A DNA stretch of 63,205 bases, the filler included, from Octopus bimaculoides (Eukaryota): NCBI RefSeq assembly GCF_001194135.2. It is 7 parts of 7 records of this genome, joined end to end, with 100 filler letters (N's around TTAATTAATTAA, not from the genome) between each part and the next. Parts side by side here need not be neighbours in the genome. Positions count along the whole stretch, not along the records: positions 1 to 16,432 come from NC_068981.1; 6 more parts are not named here. One strand, 5' to 3'. The translations under genes were made by a program, and so were the position numbers. Below, piece by piece: positions 1 through 12,712 of the stretch (positions within the stretch are counted from its first letter, which is position 1; each line of letters opens with the position of its first letter). Below the pieces are notes generated by a model. The model did no database searches. It saw only the letters and a program-made list of their open reading frames with translations, and was not told the origin of the DNA.

Positions 1-46
<46 letters not shown>

Positions 47-66
47 GTGTGTGTGTGTTTGTGTGT
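1..66. repeat. (TA)n(TG)n microsatellite
   Basis: Direct reading of the sequence. Confidence 0.95.
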
Positions 67-928
67 ACAATTAGATGTACGATTGCTACTGTTTAGTTTA
101 GAATTTCATGATCCAGTCTGCATCAAGTGTTGTGGCTAAGCTAACACTATAGTGTGTAGTATTGTTTATGGTATATAGAGCATTACAGAGTTTTGGCTCA
201 GTGTAATGGTAATGCAACAAAGTGTGTCTCCGATGATCCATTATCATTAAGCATCCAATTGCGCCTAGGACATCTAATGCAGTGACAGAAACAGTCACAA
301 TAGTGAACTACAGGTAGGAACAAGTGATATAGTGCTGTATGATCATACTTTATCTTATATATATATTAGTCTGCATAAGTTTTTCAAATCAAAAGGAACT
401 GAATTCAATAAAGCATGGGACATTCACACAGGTTACTAATTAAACAGTATCGACAATATATTAAAAATGTAAATAATTAAACGTATACTAACACATGTGT
501 GTGTGTGTGCGTAGTGATATAAATGGACATGTATACGTATGTATAGTTTTTCTTCTTTTTTTCATTTTTAGTTTCAGTCCAAGTACTGTGGTCATGCTGG
601 GCTACATATTTGAGGAATACCGAGCCGCAACCATTATAATTCTATGAGCTAATTAATGTGCCGATCGAACTACTGGCATAGAGAGCTAGTGCATCTGGCG
701 TACATTCATGACTATTAATACATTTGCATGTATGTTTTATTTTTATTACTATTAATATTTTAGTTCCAGTGATTTCAATCAGTAGAAGTTATAAAGAGAC
801 TTAATAGCATAAAGTTTCGTTCATCGTGCTTGTCTGACTGCTTCATAACTTTGATATGCGCGTATTGAGTTCTGTTTATCTGTTTATCTGTTTATTCTGT
901 GAAGCCTATATGCATACACACGTGTATG

Positions 929-963
<35 letters not shown>

Positions 964-3035
964 AGATAGCGAGATAGAGAGATAAATATGTATGTATTTG
1001 TATGGACGTGTGTCTTTGTGAGCGTGCGCGCGTGCGTGTGTGCGTGCCAGTGTGTACGTGCGCATGCGTATGTGTATATGTATAGTAATTGTCTTCAATA
1101 AAATGTCGATAGCGCTTTTCTTTATTATCACACAGGATTAATAGATAGCGGTCTTGCTAATAATTCATAATTTGTTTATTGACCTTTATTTCCTGTGGCA
1201 TTTTGCAAACAATCTGGCATCTAATCAATAAGAACGCTTTAGATGTTTACATGAATTTCTCTCAAAATTACCTAAAGAATTACCAACCTCACTATATTGC
1301 TATTGTTTTTCTCCACATCACTTCTTTAAATGTATCATATTCTCACAATTGGTTCTTTCGCGGGGAAACTTCAACAATGTAAAGAATTGACATGTTTATT
1401 TTCAGATTATTGTTATAGACTCTTTTTTAACAAGATTACTTGTTGGCTTTCAAATATTTTGTTAACTCTATTTAATTTCCTTTAAAACATATCACTATCA
1501 AATTGTCCCCTCTATATCATCGTTTGACAAATAATATCATTTTATTCTTTTGATTGTTATATTATATTTTTAAACCCTGAAATTGGCACTATCAGACGTA
1601 TGAACAAACCAATTTCACCTTCGACCAACTCCTCATTCATTATATGGTAGTATGCTCTAATTTCAGGTGAATTGATTGCTTTTTATAGCAGGTTCCTCAA
1701 ATATCTGGAGGCTTTCTGGTTGGTTGGTGTTCATATGATTGAATGAATGAACTAGGATTTCATTTGAAAATATTTGTTTCCTTTTATTATGAAGAAACTA
1801 TTGCCAGCAATTTTCAGAAATGCAGATAACATTGCCATAGGCCTTGTTATACTGGATATTCCGTCTGACCTTTAATTGCCATATTTCTGGTGGATTGCCG
1901 AATCAGACCTGTTGGGAAAAAGTGTTTAGTATATTAAACACATTTTTCTCAAAATTCAGATAAAAATTTTAAAATAGTGTATCCGTCATAATTTAATTTA
2001 GTGACACATTCAAATTATGTGATTTCTGAAACAAGATTGAGAATGCAAATACCATGATTTGAACCGAACACTGAAACAAGAAGTTTTATAAAATTGAGCA
2101 TTGTGTTCTTTGCGTTAATTAACGGATTTCAAAATTTCTATATGCTGTATATTATTTATAAGAATGTCAAACATATACAAAAGTTTGTACAAATTTATTT
2201 AACCGTTAAAATGATTGTTTGTCATGGTAACATATTTAAAGACATGCGCTTCTCATTCAATATGTAATAAGATGATTATTATTCAGCAAGATTATCACGT
2301 TTTGATGTTATTTTAGAAAGTGGAATTAAATACACGTAATATTGATTTTGAACAACATTATTATCATTCTAAATATTATCAAACAGTAAAACGCCAGCAA
2401 ATAATTGAGGTAAATGATTAAAAAAAAAAAAGGGGTAAAACATTGCATATTTGTTTCGTACGTTTAAAATTTAATGCTGTCTTCAGAATATTTTCAATAA
2501 TTTAGAGATTTAACCATATGTATTTATTTCTTGTGAGGGACAGGCTGATATTACGGTTGCTGACATACTATACACTTGTTAATCCAACCACAAATTTCTA
2601 TCAGAAGTACACTGATACAATCCGCACCAGAAATAATTCCACCCCATGCAAAACACAGAAACCTCTATGTAGGCACGGTATCTACTAATTGTGTTCGTTC
2701 ATCTCCAAATTATCCATCGAATTACATTTTACTTTATTTAAAAAAGAAATATATATTCAAAAATATGATACATTGTTCAAGGTAATAGAATGCATTAATC
2801 ATTAGTGCAGTTCGTAATCAAATATATAAGGATAAAAAAACAACAAAACCAATGTTGTTATTGTACTAGTCGTCCATGAAATGCATTGAATCCTCATCAC
2901 TATTTCATTCCCGAAACGAAAAAAATTAAACTGCAGATTTAACATTCTGTCTCGATCTACAACATTCTGTCTACAACAAACCAAGAGGATATTAAAAATG
3001 CAAAAATGATTAGATGCCAGCACACACACCCACAC

Positions 3036-3091
<56 letters not shown>

Positions 3092-3432
3092 NNNNNNNNN
3101 NNNNNNNNNNNNNNNNNNNNNNNNNNNNNNNNNNNNNNNNNNNNNNNNNNNNNNNNNNNNNNNNNNNNNNNNNNNNNNNNNNNNNNNNNNNNNNNNNNNN
3201 NNNNNNNNNNNNNNNNNNNNNNNNNNNNNNNNNNNNNNNNNNNNNNNNNNNNNNNNNNNNNNNNNNNNNNNNNNNNNNNNNNNNNNNNNNNNNNNNNNNN
3301 NNNNNNNNNNNNNNNNNNNNNNNNNNNNNNNNNNNNNNNNNNNNNCACACACACGCACACACACACACACATACACACACACACACACACACATACACAC
3401 ATATATGTATAAATATATACATATATATATAC

Positions 3433-3466
<34 letters not shown>

Positions 3467-3767
3467 ATGTATTTATGTATGTATATATAAACTTAACATT
3501 TCAAATATGCTTCAGGTATATTCGAACCCGTAACGAAGCCATTCACTGTTTTTTGACATGGAGAGCATTTCTTGCTGTAGAGAAATTGGTGTAAATACAC
3601 CTAATTAGCCCACACCACCCTATCATCAGATTTTTGCATGCACGAATTTCAGCGTGGTTATTCCTCCTCAGCAGCGGATACTGAAACGCCAAATGTTGCG
3701 AACTGACACGAGAGACAAGTGTCTCTTATGATATTCCCGTCATCATTCAATGACTTGTACTTTTCAG

Positions 3768-4346
3768 CGGCTCGCCGAAAATAAAATGCAGGGTGAAAGC
3801 GTTAAGAAGTGGTGTCTATAGATAAAAACATTTTACCAACTCAATGTATATAGAGTCGCTTACATACCACTTGAGGATCTGTTTAGGTTTTGTGATGAAC
3901 CAGCAGGATATTCGGCCTATATCGTAAGTCTGAAAAAAGTGTTTTCTGCCCATAATCGAAGTGAAGCATCGGGCGTGGAGCTTCAAGGTAAGGCAAATAT
4001 CGTACAATGTTGAACGTGAATAGCCAGACTATAAATATTCAAAAAATGTTCATGTTTCGTCGTCAGTTGTTCCATTTCAGTATGTAGTTGGCTAACATTG
4101 CAATTTTTTTCAGGTAATTGTTAGAAGACGAACTACTGTGCCGCTACCCTCAGTAGCAGGCTTTGGTTTTGTCATGAGGTGCATAAAACTGCTTTCTATA
4201 AATTTCTCTGTGAAGGAACTCCTCTCTACTGCGTCAATATCTTTTTCATATCTTACTATTACTGGTGCGGGTCTTGCATTGTAGCACTCTATGACACTAG
4301 ATGTGTCTCCAGACAGATGTACCTTTATTTGCATTGCAGTTGTTGA
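3768..4346 (+). pseudogene. Two candidate exons of a decayed Cys-rich cell-surface protein gene
   Basis: Acceptor TACTTTTCAG|3768 leads into a frame with one TAG (3819-21) and then 55 open codons (IKTFYQLNVYRVAYIP...EASGVELQG). It ends at a strong phase-1 donor CAAG|GTAAGG (3987/3988). A phase-matching acceptor TTTTTTTCAG|4114 gives GNC* followed by 73 open codons with 9 Cys. No database confirmation, and an 86-aa ORF overlaps on the opposite strand. Confidence 0.35.
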
Positions 4347-5054
4347 ATAAATAGTGATATCTTTAGTCACCCATAAATGGTTTGCTTAATATTGAGGGAT
4401 AATGTTTTTGGCAACACTTACATATACTGGCATGTGTCATTTGATGTCTTTTTGTTTGATCCACGAAGTTAATTGTTGCATGGTTACGACTAAATTCTTT
4501 GTTTTAATTTGTTATTAATATGTCTTTCTTTAGTAATCGGTAATCCTGTAAAATGCAATGTCTAGCAATAAAGTATTCAGCTGTTGTTGTTAGAGTTGAA
4601 TACTTGATTCATGGTCTTAGGTCAATTATTCGGTTTTATGTGGATTTAGAATGAGTTGTTGTCTGCCTTTGAACAACCGCTATCGTCTTGTGCTTATTTA
4701 AGAGTAATGCTCAGAAATGTTACTTCTGGGAAAATAGCTTCAAATGTAATATTCAAACTTAATCCTTTGAATATTACTATGTTCCCCGAATGTGGATTCC
4801 ATACGGTTACTTGCAATTATAAGAAAAATATACTCGTAATCGCTGTAACACTATCAAGCAAGCTTCCTTTATTTTGTGTCATGAAATCTAAGTATGACAA
4901 TATCACTGTCAACTACCACACGCTTCCCATTTCATTATGCGTGTTGCCAAAAAGAAGTCACAGGCACATACGCCAAAATACATTTACAAGCGCAGGCACA
5001 CGCACTTATGTATATATGTATGTGTGTATGTGTGTATGTATGTGTGTGTGTGTG

Positions 5055-5103
<49 letters not shown>

Positions 5104-6074
5104 AAATATTTGCGACAAAATATAAATAATGGTTAGTACATAATTTTTCTTTATTCGAGTAAATTAGGCATACAGCTATTTCCAGTAGTCATTACAGATA
5201 TGTCACTGATAGGCTTACTCAACTGGTCTTTTGATCAGTTGTGAAAAAATGAAGGACTTAAAAAAAATTAATGCCACTTTCGTCAGAGCCATTTCTGGTT
5301 ATAACAAAGCACAATATTGAAGGAATGGTACATGCATGAAGGAGGGGGGGAAGAAGGAAGGGGGCAAGTGAATTAGAGATAAAGAGGAAATGAGAAGACA
5401 AGTAGCAATTTGCAAAGGAGGAATTAAGGTGAAGAGAGGGAAGAAGAGAAGAGAGGAAGGAATAAAAAAGAGTAGAGGACGGGATCACTCTTTAGAAGAA
5501 ATGGGATAGGATGATCGAAATTCCGGGAAAAGGACAGTCATAAAACATTAATAATTGTAATCAGGTCTACACGCATGGATATACTTGCATTGTTTTTAGG
5601 TTAGGTATTCTTCAAATGATGAGTTGAAATTTAACAAGCGCCATTTACACACATGGTCAACTTAAGTCTTTAATATTTTGCCCTTAGTACTATCATGCAT
5701 AGTGGGGGAATTGCATTAGAAAACTAATGAAATATCAGTAGTAATCATATAATGATGGAGATGGAAAGCTGAGAAACTTTTGTCCGCTAGGATATAAAAT
5801 AATGATAGATTGAGAGATGTGAGGTTGCCTTAAAATAATATCAAGTTGGGTAATTTAAAATCAAATAACATTGGAAACCGGATATAATTTCAGATTAAAC
5901 TCATTAGAGGAGTTTTTAAAATATTAATCCATTAAATATATTATGGATTAAAATTTGAACTAAACTTAAAATTTATAATACTAAAATTAAAGTAAACTAA
6001 ACATGAATTCAAAAGAATTAAAAGAATTTAACGCAATAAATGGTATTATTAAATCATTAATAATAATCCTTTCT

Positions 6075-6258
6075 ACTACTATAAGCACAAAGCCTGGGAT
6101 TTTGGGAGAGGAGGATTGTCGATTACATCGACCCCAGTGCTCAGCTAATACTCATTTTATTGACCCCAAAGAAATGAAGGACAATGTCGACCCCAGCAGC
6201 CTTTGAACTCAGAACGTAAAGACGAACAAAATACCGCTAAGCATTTTTCCCGGCTTCC
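6075..6258 (-). mobile_element. tRNA-derived SINE family A (partial)
   Basis: Reverse complement matches the full copy at 32804-33037 (…CGTTCTGAGTTCAAA…GTCGAC…GGGGTCGATGTAATCGAC). Confidence 0.85.
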
Positions 6259-6259
6259 A

Positions 6260-6855
6260 AAAGATTGGTACGACCACAAACCTGAAGGCATCGTCGAAAA
6301 CCGAAATGCAAAGATCCTATAGGGTTTTATGATTTAGTGCGACCAATGAGTACGAGGCTTATCAACACCTGGGTGGTTTCACACCTTAGATATGGAGCAG
6401 AGGTAATCTCATGGACAGGGGTAATCATAAAATCCTATAAGATTTTATGATTCAGTGCGACCATGAGATAGAGAATAGGAAGCCGGACATAGTCTTAATT
6501 GAGAAAGAAAACAAACTATGCTGGATCATAGACATAGCATGCCCAGCTGACAACAAGGTATGCGATAAGGATGAAAGAAAAGTTAGCTTGGGACGTTAAG
6601 CAGCTGTGGTCGATGAAGAAGGTAGCAGTAGTACTAATAATTGTCGGAGCCCTGGGAAGAGTGAGCAAAAACCTCAAGAAGTACGTCGAACAAATTTGGG
6701 CTGCAATGAGGGTGGAGCGCCTGCAGAAAACAGCACTATTTGGAACCGCTCGAATACTCCGGAAGGTGCTCGAAAAATAAGAGTTATAACTTTACTTTAC
6801 TGGTAGTGGACAGCTGACACTGTAGTACATCTTCAGCGTTAGAAGCTGTGCAAAG
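6260..6855 (+). mobile_element. R4/Dong-like non-LTR retrotransposon, 3' end with restriction-like endonuclease (decayed)
   Basis: Translates as WYDHKPEGIVENRNAKIL…, KIL*DFMIQCDHEIENRKPDIVLIEKENKLCWIIDIACPADNKV, then LAWDVKQLWSMKKVAVVLIIVGALGRVSKNLKKYVEQ…LQKTALFGTARILRKVLEK* (PD-(D/E)xK REL motif). A short 3' UTR runs into (AAT)n. Confidence 0.9.
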
Positions 6856-6857
6856 AC

Positions 6858-6870
6858 AATAATAATGATG

Positions 6871-6946
<76 letters not shown>

Positions 6947-7035
6947 TAATTAAAAAAATAATAATGATGATGATGATGATGATGATGATGACGATGATGA
7001 TGATGATGATGATGATAACAATAATAAAAAAGATA
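6858..7035. repeat. (AAT)n/(GAT)n trinucleotide array
   Basis: Direct reading; runs into an N gap. Confidence 0.95.
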
Positions 7036-8494
7036 NNNNNNNNNNNNNNNNNNNNNNNNNNNNNNNNNNNNNNNNNNNNNNNNNNNNNNNNNNNNNNNNN
7101 NNNNNNNNNNNNNNNNNNNNNNNNNNNNNNNNNNNNNNNNNNNNNNNNNNNNNNNNNNNNNNNNNNNNNNNNNNNNNNNNNNNNNNNNNNNNNNNNNNNN
7201 NNNNNNNNNNNNNNNNNNNNNNNNNNNNNNNNNNNNNNNNNNNNNNNNNNNNNNNNNNNNNNNNNNNNNNNNNNNNNNNNNNNNNNNNNNNNNNNNNNNN
7301 NNNNNNNNNNNNNNNNNNNNNNNNNNNNNNNNNNNNNNNNNNNNNNNNNNNNNNNNNNNNNNNNNNNNNNNNNNNNNNNNNNNNNNNNNNNNNNNNNNNN
7401 NNNNNNNNNNNNNNNNNNNNNNNNNNNATATATATATATATATATATACGTACATGCATATATAGAAAGAGAAAAATAGTTATGTGCACCTTGTATTCCA
7501 CAAAAGTCGTCCAAATAGTAAGTAACGTGTTTTTGAACGTATTTGTAAAATGAAATAGGGAATCTTTTGAAACGCTGTTCCTAACCTAGTTGCTGAACAG
7601 CATATTGAATTGCATCTTATTCCTCTATATGGCATATATATAATTTTTTGTGAGTTATATGATATCGTGTTTTTAAAGTGGATGTTTTCGAGACCCAATT
7701 GAGCTTGAGAAGGTGCTATAAAAACAGTCGGTTAAGTGTTGGACCCTGGATACATAGAGAACTGTTGAGTCGTTAGTTTTATACATTGTTTGTATGATCT
7801 TGAGGTTAGATTAATGATGGCATTATTTCTGGGGACTTCAAATTTGCTTTTCAATTTTACGATAGAAAATAACTCCTTAGAAAAGAAACACATTACATCT
7901 GACCGTTAAAACTAGTGAATAAAATCTCGAATTGGTCGAACAAAAGGATCTCAGCTTCGATCTGAGTTAGACTTAATAAGAAGCAAATATATTTTGCAGC
8001 AACAGAAAATTAGTTAACGTGCAGAAATGGAAACAATTTTTGTGAGTAGACCGACCTAGTACAATACATAGAATATTTCGACGGTAATGGGAGAAGTTTA
8101 ATATTTTAATGAACAGTCATTATTTTAGCAGACAATGAAGGATTAAAATATAAAGAAGAAAATATATATTCGTCATAATTGTATTCAGTAACACATTAAA
8201 TTTATGTGATTTCTAAAACGGCATTGAGAATGCAAATACCGACATTAAAACTGAACACTGAAAAGCATAGCTCTCATCTAATCTCATTCCTTGATTACTA
8301 CAGTTATCATTCTCATATTAACTTAAATTTAACACTGCAAAATCTGAAATAGTCCAGTAATAAAATGTCTTAGCATTTAGACTTTCTGTGCACTAAATAA
8401 CTACAAAATTGTGTAATATTTTGTTTTTTAACTTTGCCTGTTACTGAAATTGAATACAGCGTCTGTCATTGAACTCTATAAAAGAAGTTAACAG

Positions 8495-8551
8495 CCAGCA
8501 GCAATAATGCATCAGCAAAAGAAACAGAAACTGGAAACGCTGCATTTGTGG
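8495..8551 (+). pseudogene. Candidate 57-nt phase1-phase1 exon (SSNNASAKETETGNAAFV-G), stalk-like
   Basis: AACAG| acceptor with a weak pyrimidine tract, an open frame, and a GTGG|GTAAAT donor. Symmetrical phase-1 exons are typical of modular receptors. Confidence 0.25.
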
Positions 8552-9271
8552 GTAAATATCTGTATTGTATTGTTTAGTGAATCTTTGTCAGCTACTGGGT
8601 GGCTTGTGGGAATTAACTTTCGGAGCTTTACGTACGTATAGGCAGTGCCATCTTATATATTTGAATACGAATGAATCTTACACATTTCAAGTATACATTT
8701 TATAAAAATAAACATATTCTAAACACATGTAGATCTTTATCCTTTAATTCATTGTCTATTCGTATCATATATCCTTACCAGCACTGCGATTTCTGTTAAG
8801 TTCTGCAATTTTAATACTTAATACATAACTTATTTCACTCTGGGTACTTGTGCTGTAGCTGTCACGCATGTTGACATTGCATATAAAACGGATTAAGCCT
8901 ATTTCATTTTCCTTTGTCCTCCAAAGTTCTTCCACCTTCAATGGTCATGTCACTCTACCATAAACATATGTATTCACACTTTATTTCATACAATTCGCCC
9001 TTTCAACAATAAATGGATTCAGTGAAGTTATTTTACTTCCTAAAATAAACAACCAAATATCCTGCAAGCTTTATCCTACTGTCGTAAAGATGTAATAACG
9101 CGCTGTATAATACCTGCTCTATCAATTTCGAATACCTGAAATTAAGTCTAGTTGGCACTCTTTTGCCCCTGTATTAGTTCATAGATGTTTTGTATGCGAA
9201 TCAGGGGTAAGTCCTTATTGCATTAATTTACTATTTAAAACATTAACAGAAACTGCGCATAACATAACATA

Positions 9272-9350
9272 TGGCGCCGAGCTGGCAGAAACGTTAGCAC
9301 GCCGGGCGAACTGCTTAGCTGTATTTCGTCTGCCGTTAGGTTTTGAGTAT
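9272..9350 (+). mobile_element. SINE family A 5' head fragment
   Basis: GGCGCCGAGCTGGCAGAAACGTTAGCACGCCGGGCGAA… matches the head of 32804-33037. Confidence 0.8.
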
Positions 9351-9579
9351 GTGTATATCTATGGATAGATAGATGGATCGATGGATCGATGGATGAATGG
9401 AGGGATGGATATGCGTTTTCATGTATGCTTGTATGAAAGCTAACATATGACAGGCAGCTTTTGGTATTCATAAAACAATACTCATAATACAATATATAAA
9501 GAAAGAAATAAGTGATTAATAATCACAATATTTACAACTATGTCATCTTTGATAATGAGAAGCATATACTGAAATCATT

Positions 9580-9612
9580 AACGATAATATTAATAATAAC
9601 AATAATAATAAC

Positions 9613-9688
<76 letters not shown>

Positions 9689-9726
9689 GTAATAATAATA
9701 ATGATGATGATGATGATAATAATACT

Positions 9727-9773
<47 letters not shown>

Positions 9774-9900
9774 CAACAACAACACCAACAACAATAATAA
9801 TAGTGATGATAATGATTTCTTTTATTTTTAATAACAATAATGATAATAGTAATAATAATGATAATGGTGATGATGATTATTATAATAATTCTATAATTTT
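9580..9900. repeat. (AAT)n/(GAT)n/(AAC)n low-complexity array
   Basis: Direct reading; explains the poly-Ile ORFs. Confidence 0.95.
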
Positions 9901-10119
9901 GATTGATATTTACTCATTTGTGATTTTCTTAAATTATTTCTTCATTTGTATTGTAATAATCCGTCTCACACTTCTCTTATATTATCTTTACACATTGATC
10001 CAGTTCTAATGTGCTGCTGTTCTTAATTTCGTTTCTGCCTTTATATTTAGTTCCGATTAAGAAAATTGTCGCAATATTTGAATTAGTATTACTATTGTCA
10101 TTATAATTATTAATAATAA

Positions 10120-12016
10120 CACTGTATAACAATGAAAGAAAAAAAAAACGGAAATGATAACAACCTCTTCTAGGGGTATTTCATATGTAGATTACGAATA
10201 TAACATCCTTTTCCTTCTCGTAAATTACCGTTTTATTTACGTTACAGACACTGATGCTTCTGTAAGAATTGAGTGCAAACAGCGTTGATCTGAAACTTAC
10301 AACTCTAAATGTTATGAACAGATTTTGATATAATTTTAATGGAGTGTTCCTAAGGTACTTGTGAAGCTAAACTAGGAAAATTATAAAAGAACACTCAGTA
10401 TTGTTATAGTTATATAGGTCCAAATCCATGGTAAATCTGACAAGGAGCGACACTTCATCACCCGATCTGAACACAATGACCTAGGTCGTGATATAACACT
10501 AAGCAGCAGATGAAGTCCTGGCCCCACGTCTACAGTAATGGAATCTGTTGCTCGAATTACAGTATTTAGGAAGCGTTCTGTAAATCTACAGCAATTCTTC
10601 ATTTTGGAAAATAACTCGACTTCTTATAATGATATCAGAGACCTATTCAATGCCGTTGAGCTAACCTATGAACCAAATGAGTGGAGGTTATTCATGGATG
10701 CATCTTTGTACAGCATAAACGCTGTTCTGTTGCACATTGCGAACACCATGCCTTCAGTTTCAATTGCTCACTCAGTCATTTTAAGAGAGACCTCGTTTTA
10801 TTTTAGATAGCATAAGTTACAAGGAGCATGGATGGCTAATTTGTGCAGACTTGAAATTAGTAGCACAACTTAAGGAACTACAAACTGAATACACCAAGTT
10901 TATGTTCTTCCTTTGTAAGTGGGACATTCGGGGTAGGTCCGAACATTATGTACGCTCAGAATGGCCACCTCGGCAAACTATGACGCCTAGATGCCATAAT
11001 GTAAATTATGAGCCACTTGTTAAGATGGAGGAAATTATTTTGCTACCACTGTATATAAAACTAGGCCTAACGAAGCAATTTACCAAAGCGCTGCAACATA
11101 ATAATTCATATTTCCAGTACCTTAAGGTGATCCTCTCTAAAATAAGTGACGCCAAGTTTAAAGAGGGCATATTTGTAAGCCCACACATTCGTCAACTTAT
11201 AGCTCATGAGGACTTCGAGGCGACAATGGATGAAACTGAGCTAGCAGCCTGGCATGCATTCAAAGATGTATGCAAAGGACTTCTGAGAAAGCACCACGTG
11301 ACTCAGTGAGAGAGTGTAATGGAGTGCCTAATCAAGCTCTACCAAGATCTCGGATGCAATATGTCACTGAAGAGACATTTTCTTCATTCTCATCTGTCCT
11401 TCTTCCAAGAGAATGCAGGGATGTGAGTAATGAAACATGGAGAGGGGTTCCATCAAGAAATAGCGTCAATGGAACATAAGTATAAGGAAAAATAGAGCTC
11501 AGCTTTGCTGGCTGACTTCTGCTGGAACCTGAAGTGTGACACACCTCAGACGTCTTATACACGAAGTAAATACTAAAATTTAGTTTAATACATTATGTAA
11601 ATCTAACAAACATGCGGGTTCATTATATATTTATGAATTAATTACAATGGACATATTTAATCTGGCTCTGGGAGCAAAATGAATTTATGGCATCGCGGAA
11701 ATTGGTACAGGTTGCATAGATATTAAGTCGGTGATTTACAAGTAAATGTGGTATGATAAGAAATGTTTGTTATGAAATTCGAATTTAGCACAATCATCTT
11801 CATAATAAAATGTACATAAGAACTACATTTTTATCTTGACCTTGAAATTTGTTCTACAGTCTAATAACTGTAGAATTGCTAGTAACGGTACGCATCTATT
11901 TCGACATAATCTTTGCCACGTTTCATACGGTGGATGCGAAGATTTTATTCATGGCAGAAAGACTCCAGTTATTTGTTCCGACTTTCTTTCCCCCTAATTC
12001 CAGATGTTGCCCAGTT
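10120..12016 (+). mobile_element. Decayed CMC-superfamily DNA transposon (Chapaev3-like DDE transposase pseudogene, ~10440-11570)
   Basis: Frameshifted peptide blocks: RHFITRSEHNDLGRD; YEPNEWRLFMDAS…AVLLH…PSVSIAHSV; WLICADLKLV..L..LQ.EYTKF.FFLCKWD; LLPLYIKLGLTKQFTKAL; SDAKFKEGIFVSPHIRQL; LGCNMSLKRHFLHSHLSF; SNE.GEGFHQEIASMEHKYKG; LADFCWNL. Tentative termini are CACTGTATAACA (10120) and TGTTGCCCAGTT (12016). The family name comes from recalled motif similarity. Confidence 0.7.
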
Positions 12017-12384
12017 CAGCTGTTTATCCTATTATTTCAGTGTTGAAAAATAGGTACCGATCGCGAGCGCTGTATCGGGGTATTGGGGGTAAAATTAATA
12101 CCTCGGACGTATTGTCATGTGTAATCCGTCCTTGCGATTTTCTATTTTGACACTCACTTCTCCGACGAATGTAGTGTCCAGGTGAAACAATTTTTATGAA
12201 TGTAATATACATATTAGAATTGAGAGGGGAAACTTGCGTTCATACATGAGCAGTCTGATTTTACGTGGCAGCAAACAGGCCGTTGTCAGTGCGTTTCACT
12301 TTCACCGAACGTATCATTATCCCTTCACAATATTTAGGACTAATGATAGAAAAACTACTGCTACTATTTTGATTTGAATCTTTT

Positions 12385-12712
12385 ATTCTTTTTTCCTTTT
12401 ACTTGTTTCAGTTATTTGACTACAGCAATGCTGGAGCACCGCCTTGAAGGGATTTAGTCGAATAAATCGTTCCTAGGACATTTTTAAAGCCATCACCTGT
12501 TGTCAAGCGGTAGTGTTGGACAGAGACACAAATACACACATAAACACACACACACATAAAAGAGGGACATCTTTCAATTTACTTCTATCAAATCCACTCA
12601 CAAGGCTTTGGTCAGCCAAAGGTTATAGCAGAAGACACCTCCCCACGGTGACACGCACTAGAACTGAACCCAGAAGCTGGAAGCAAACTACTTACCACAC
12701 AGCTACACCTGC
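12385..12712 (-). mobile_element. SINE family B copy (head, internal (TG)n, 3' tail)
   Basis: Reverse complement matches 27247-27415 and the tail at 30600-30815. Confidence 0.85.

Noticed and set aside
2540-2582. EGQADITVADILYT resembling an iGluR ligand-binding motif
   Set aside because: Followed immediately by a stop, with no other iGluR segments; likely chance.
2802-3533. Long ORFs of VC/TH/IY/poly-I/X repeats (here and at 6.8-7.5, 9.5, 16, 24-25, 27, 30, 40.4, 56-57, 60.6 and 62 kb)
   Set aside because: They are translations of microsatellites and N gaps.
4045-4065. CTGACGA-CGAAAC on the minus strand as a hammerhead
   Set aside because: There is no room for stem II between the boxes.
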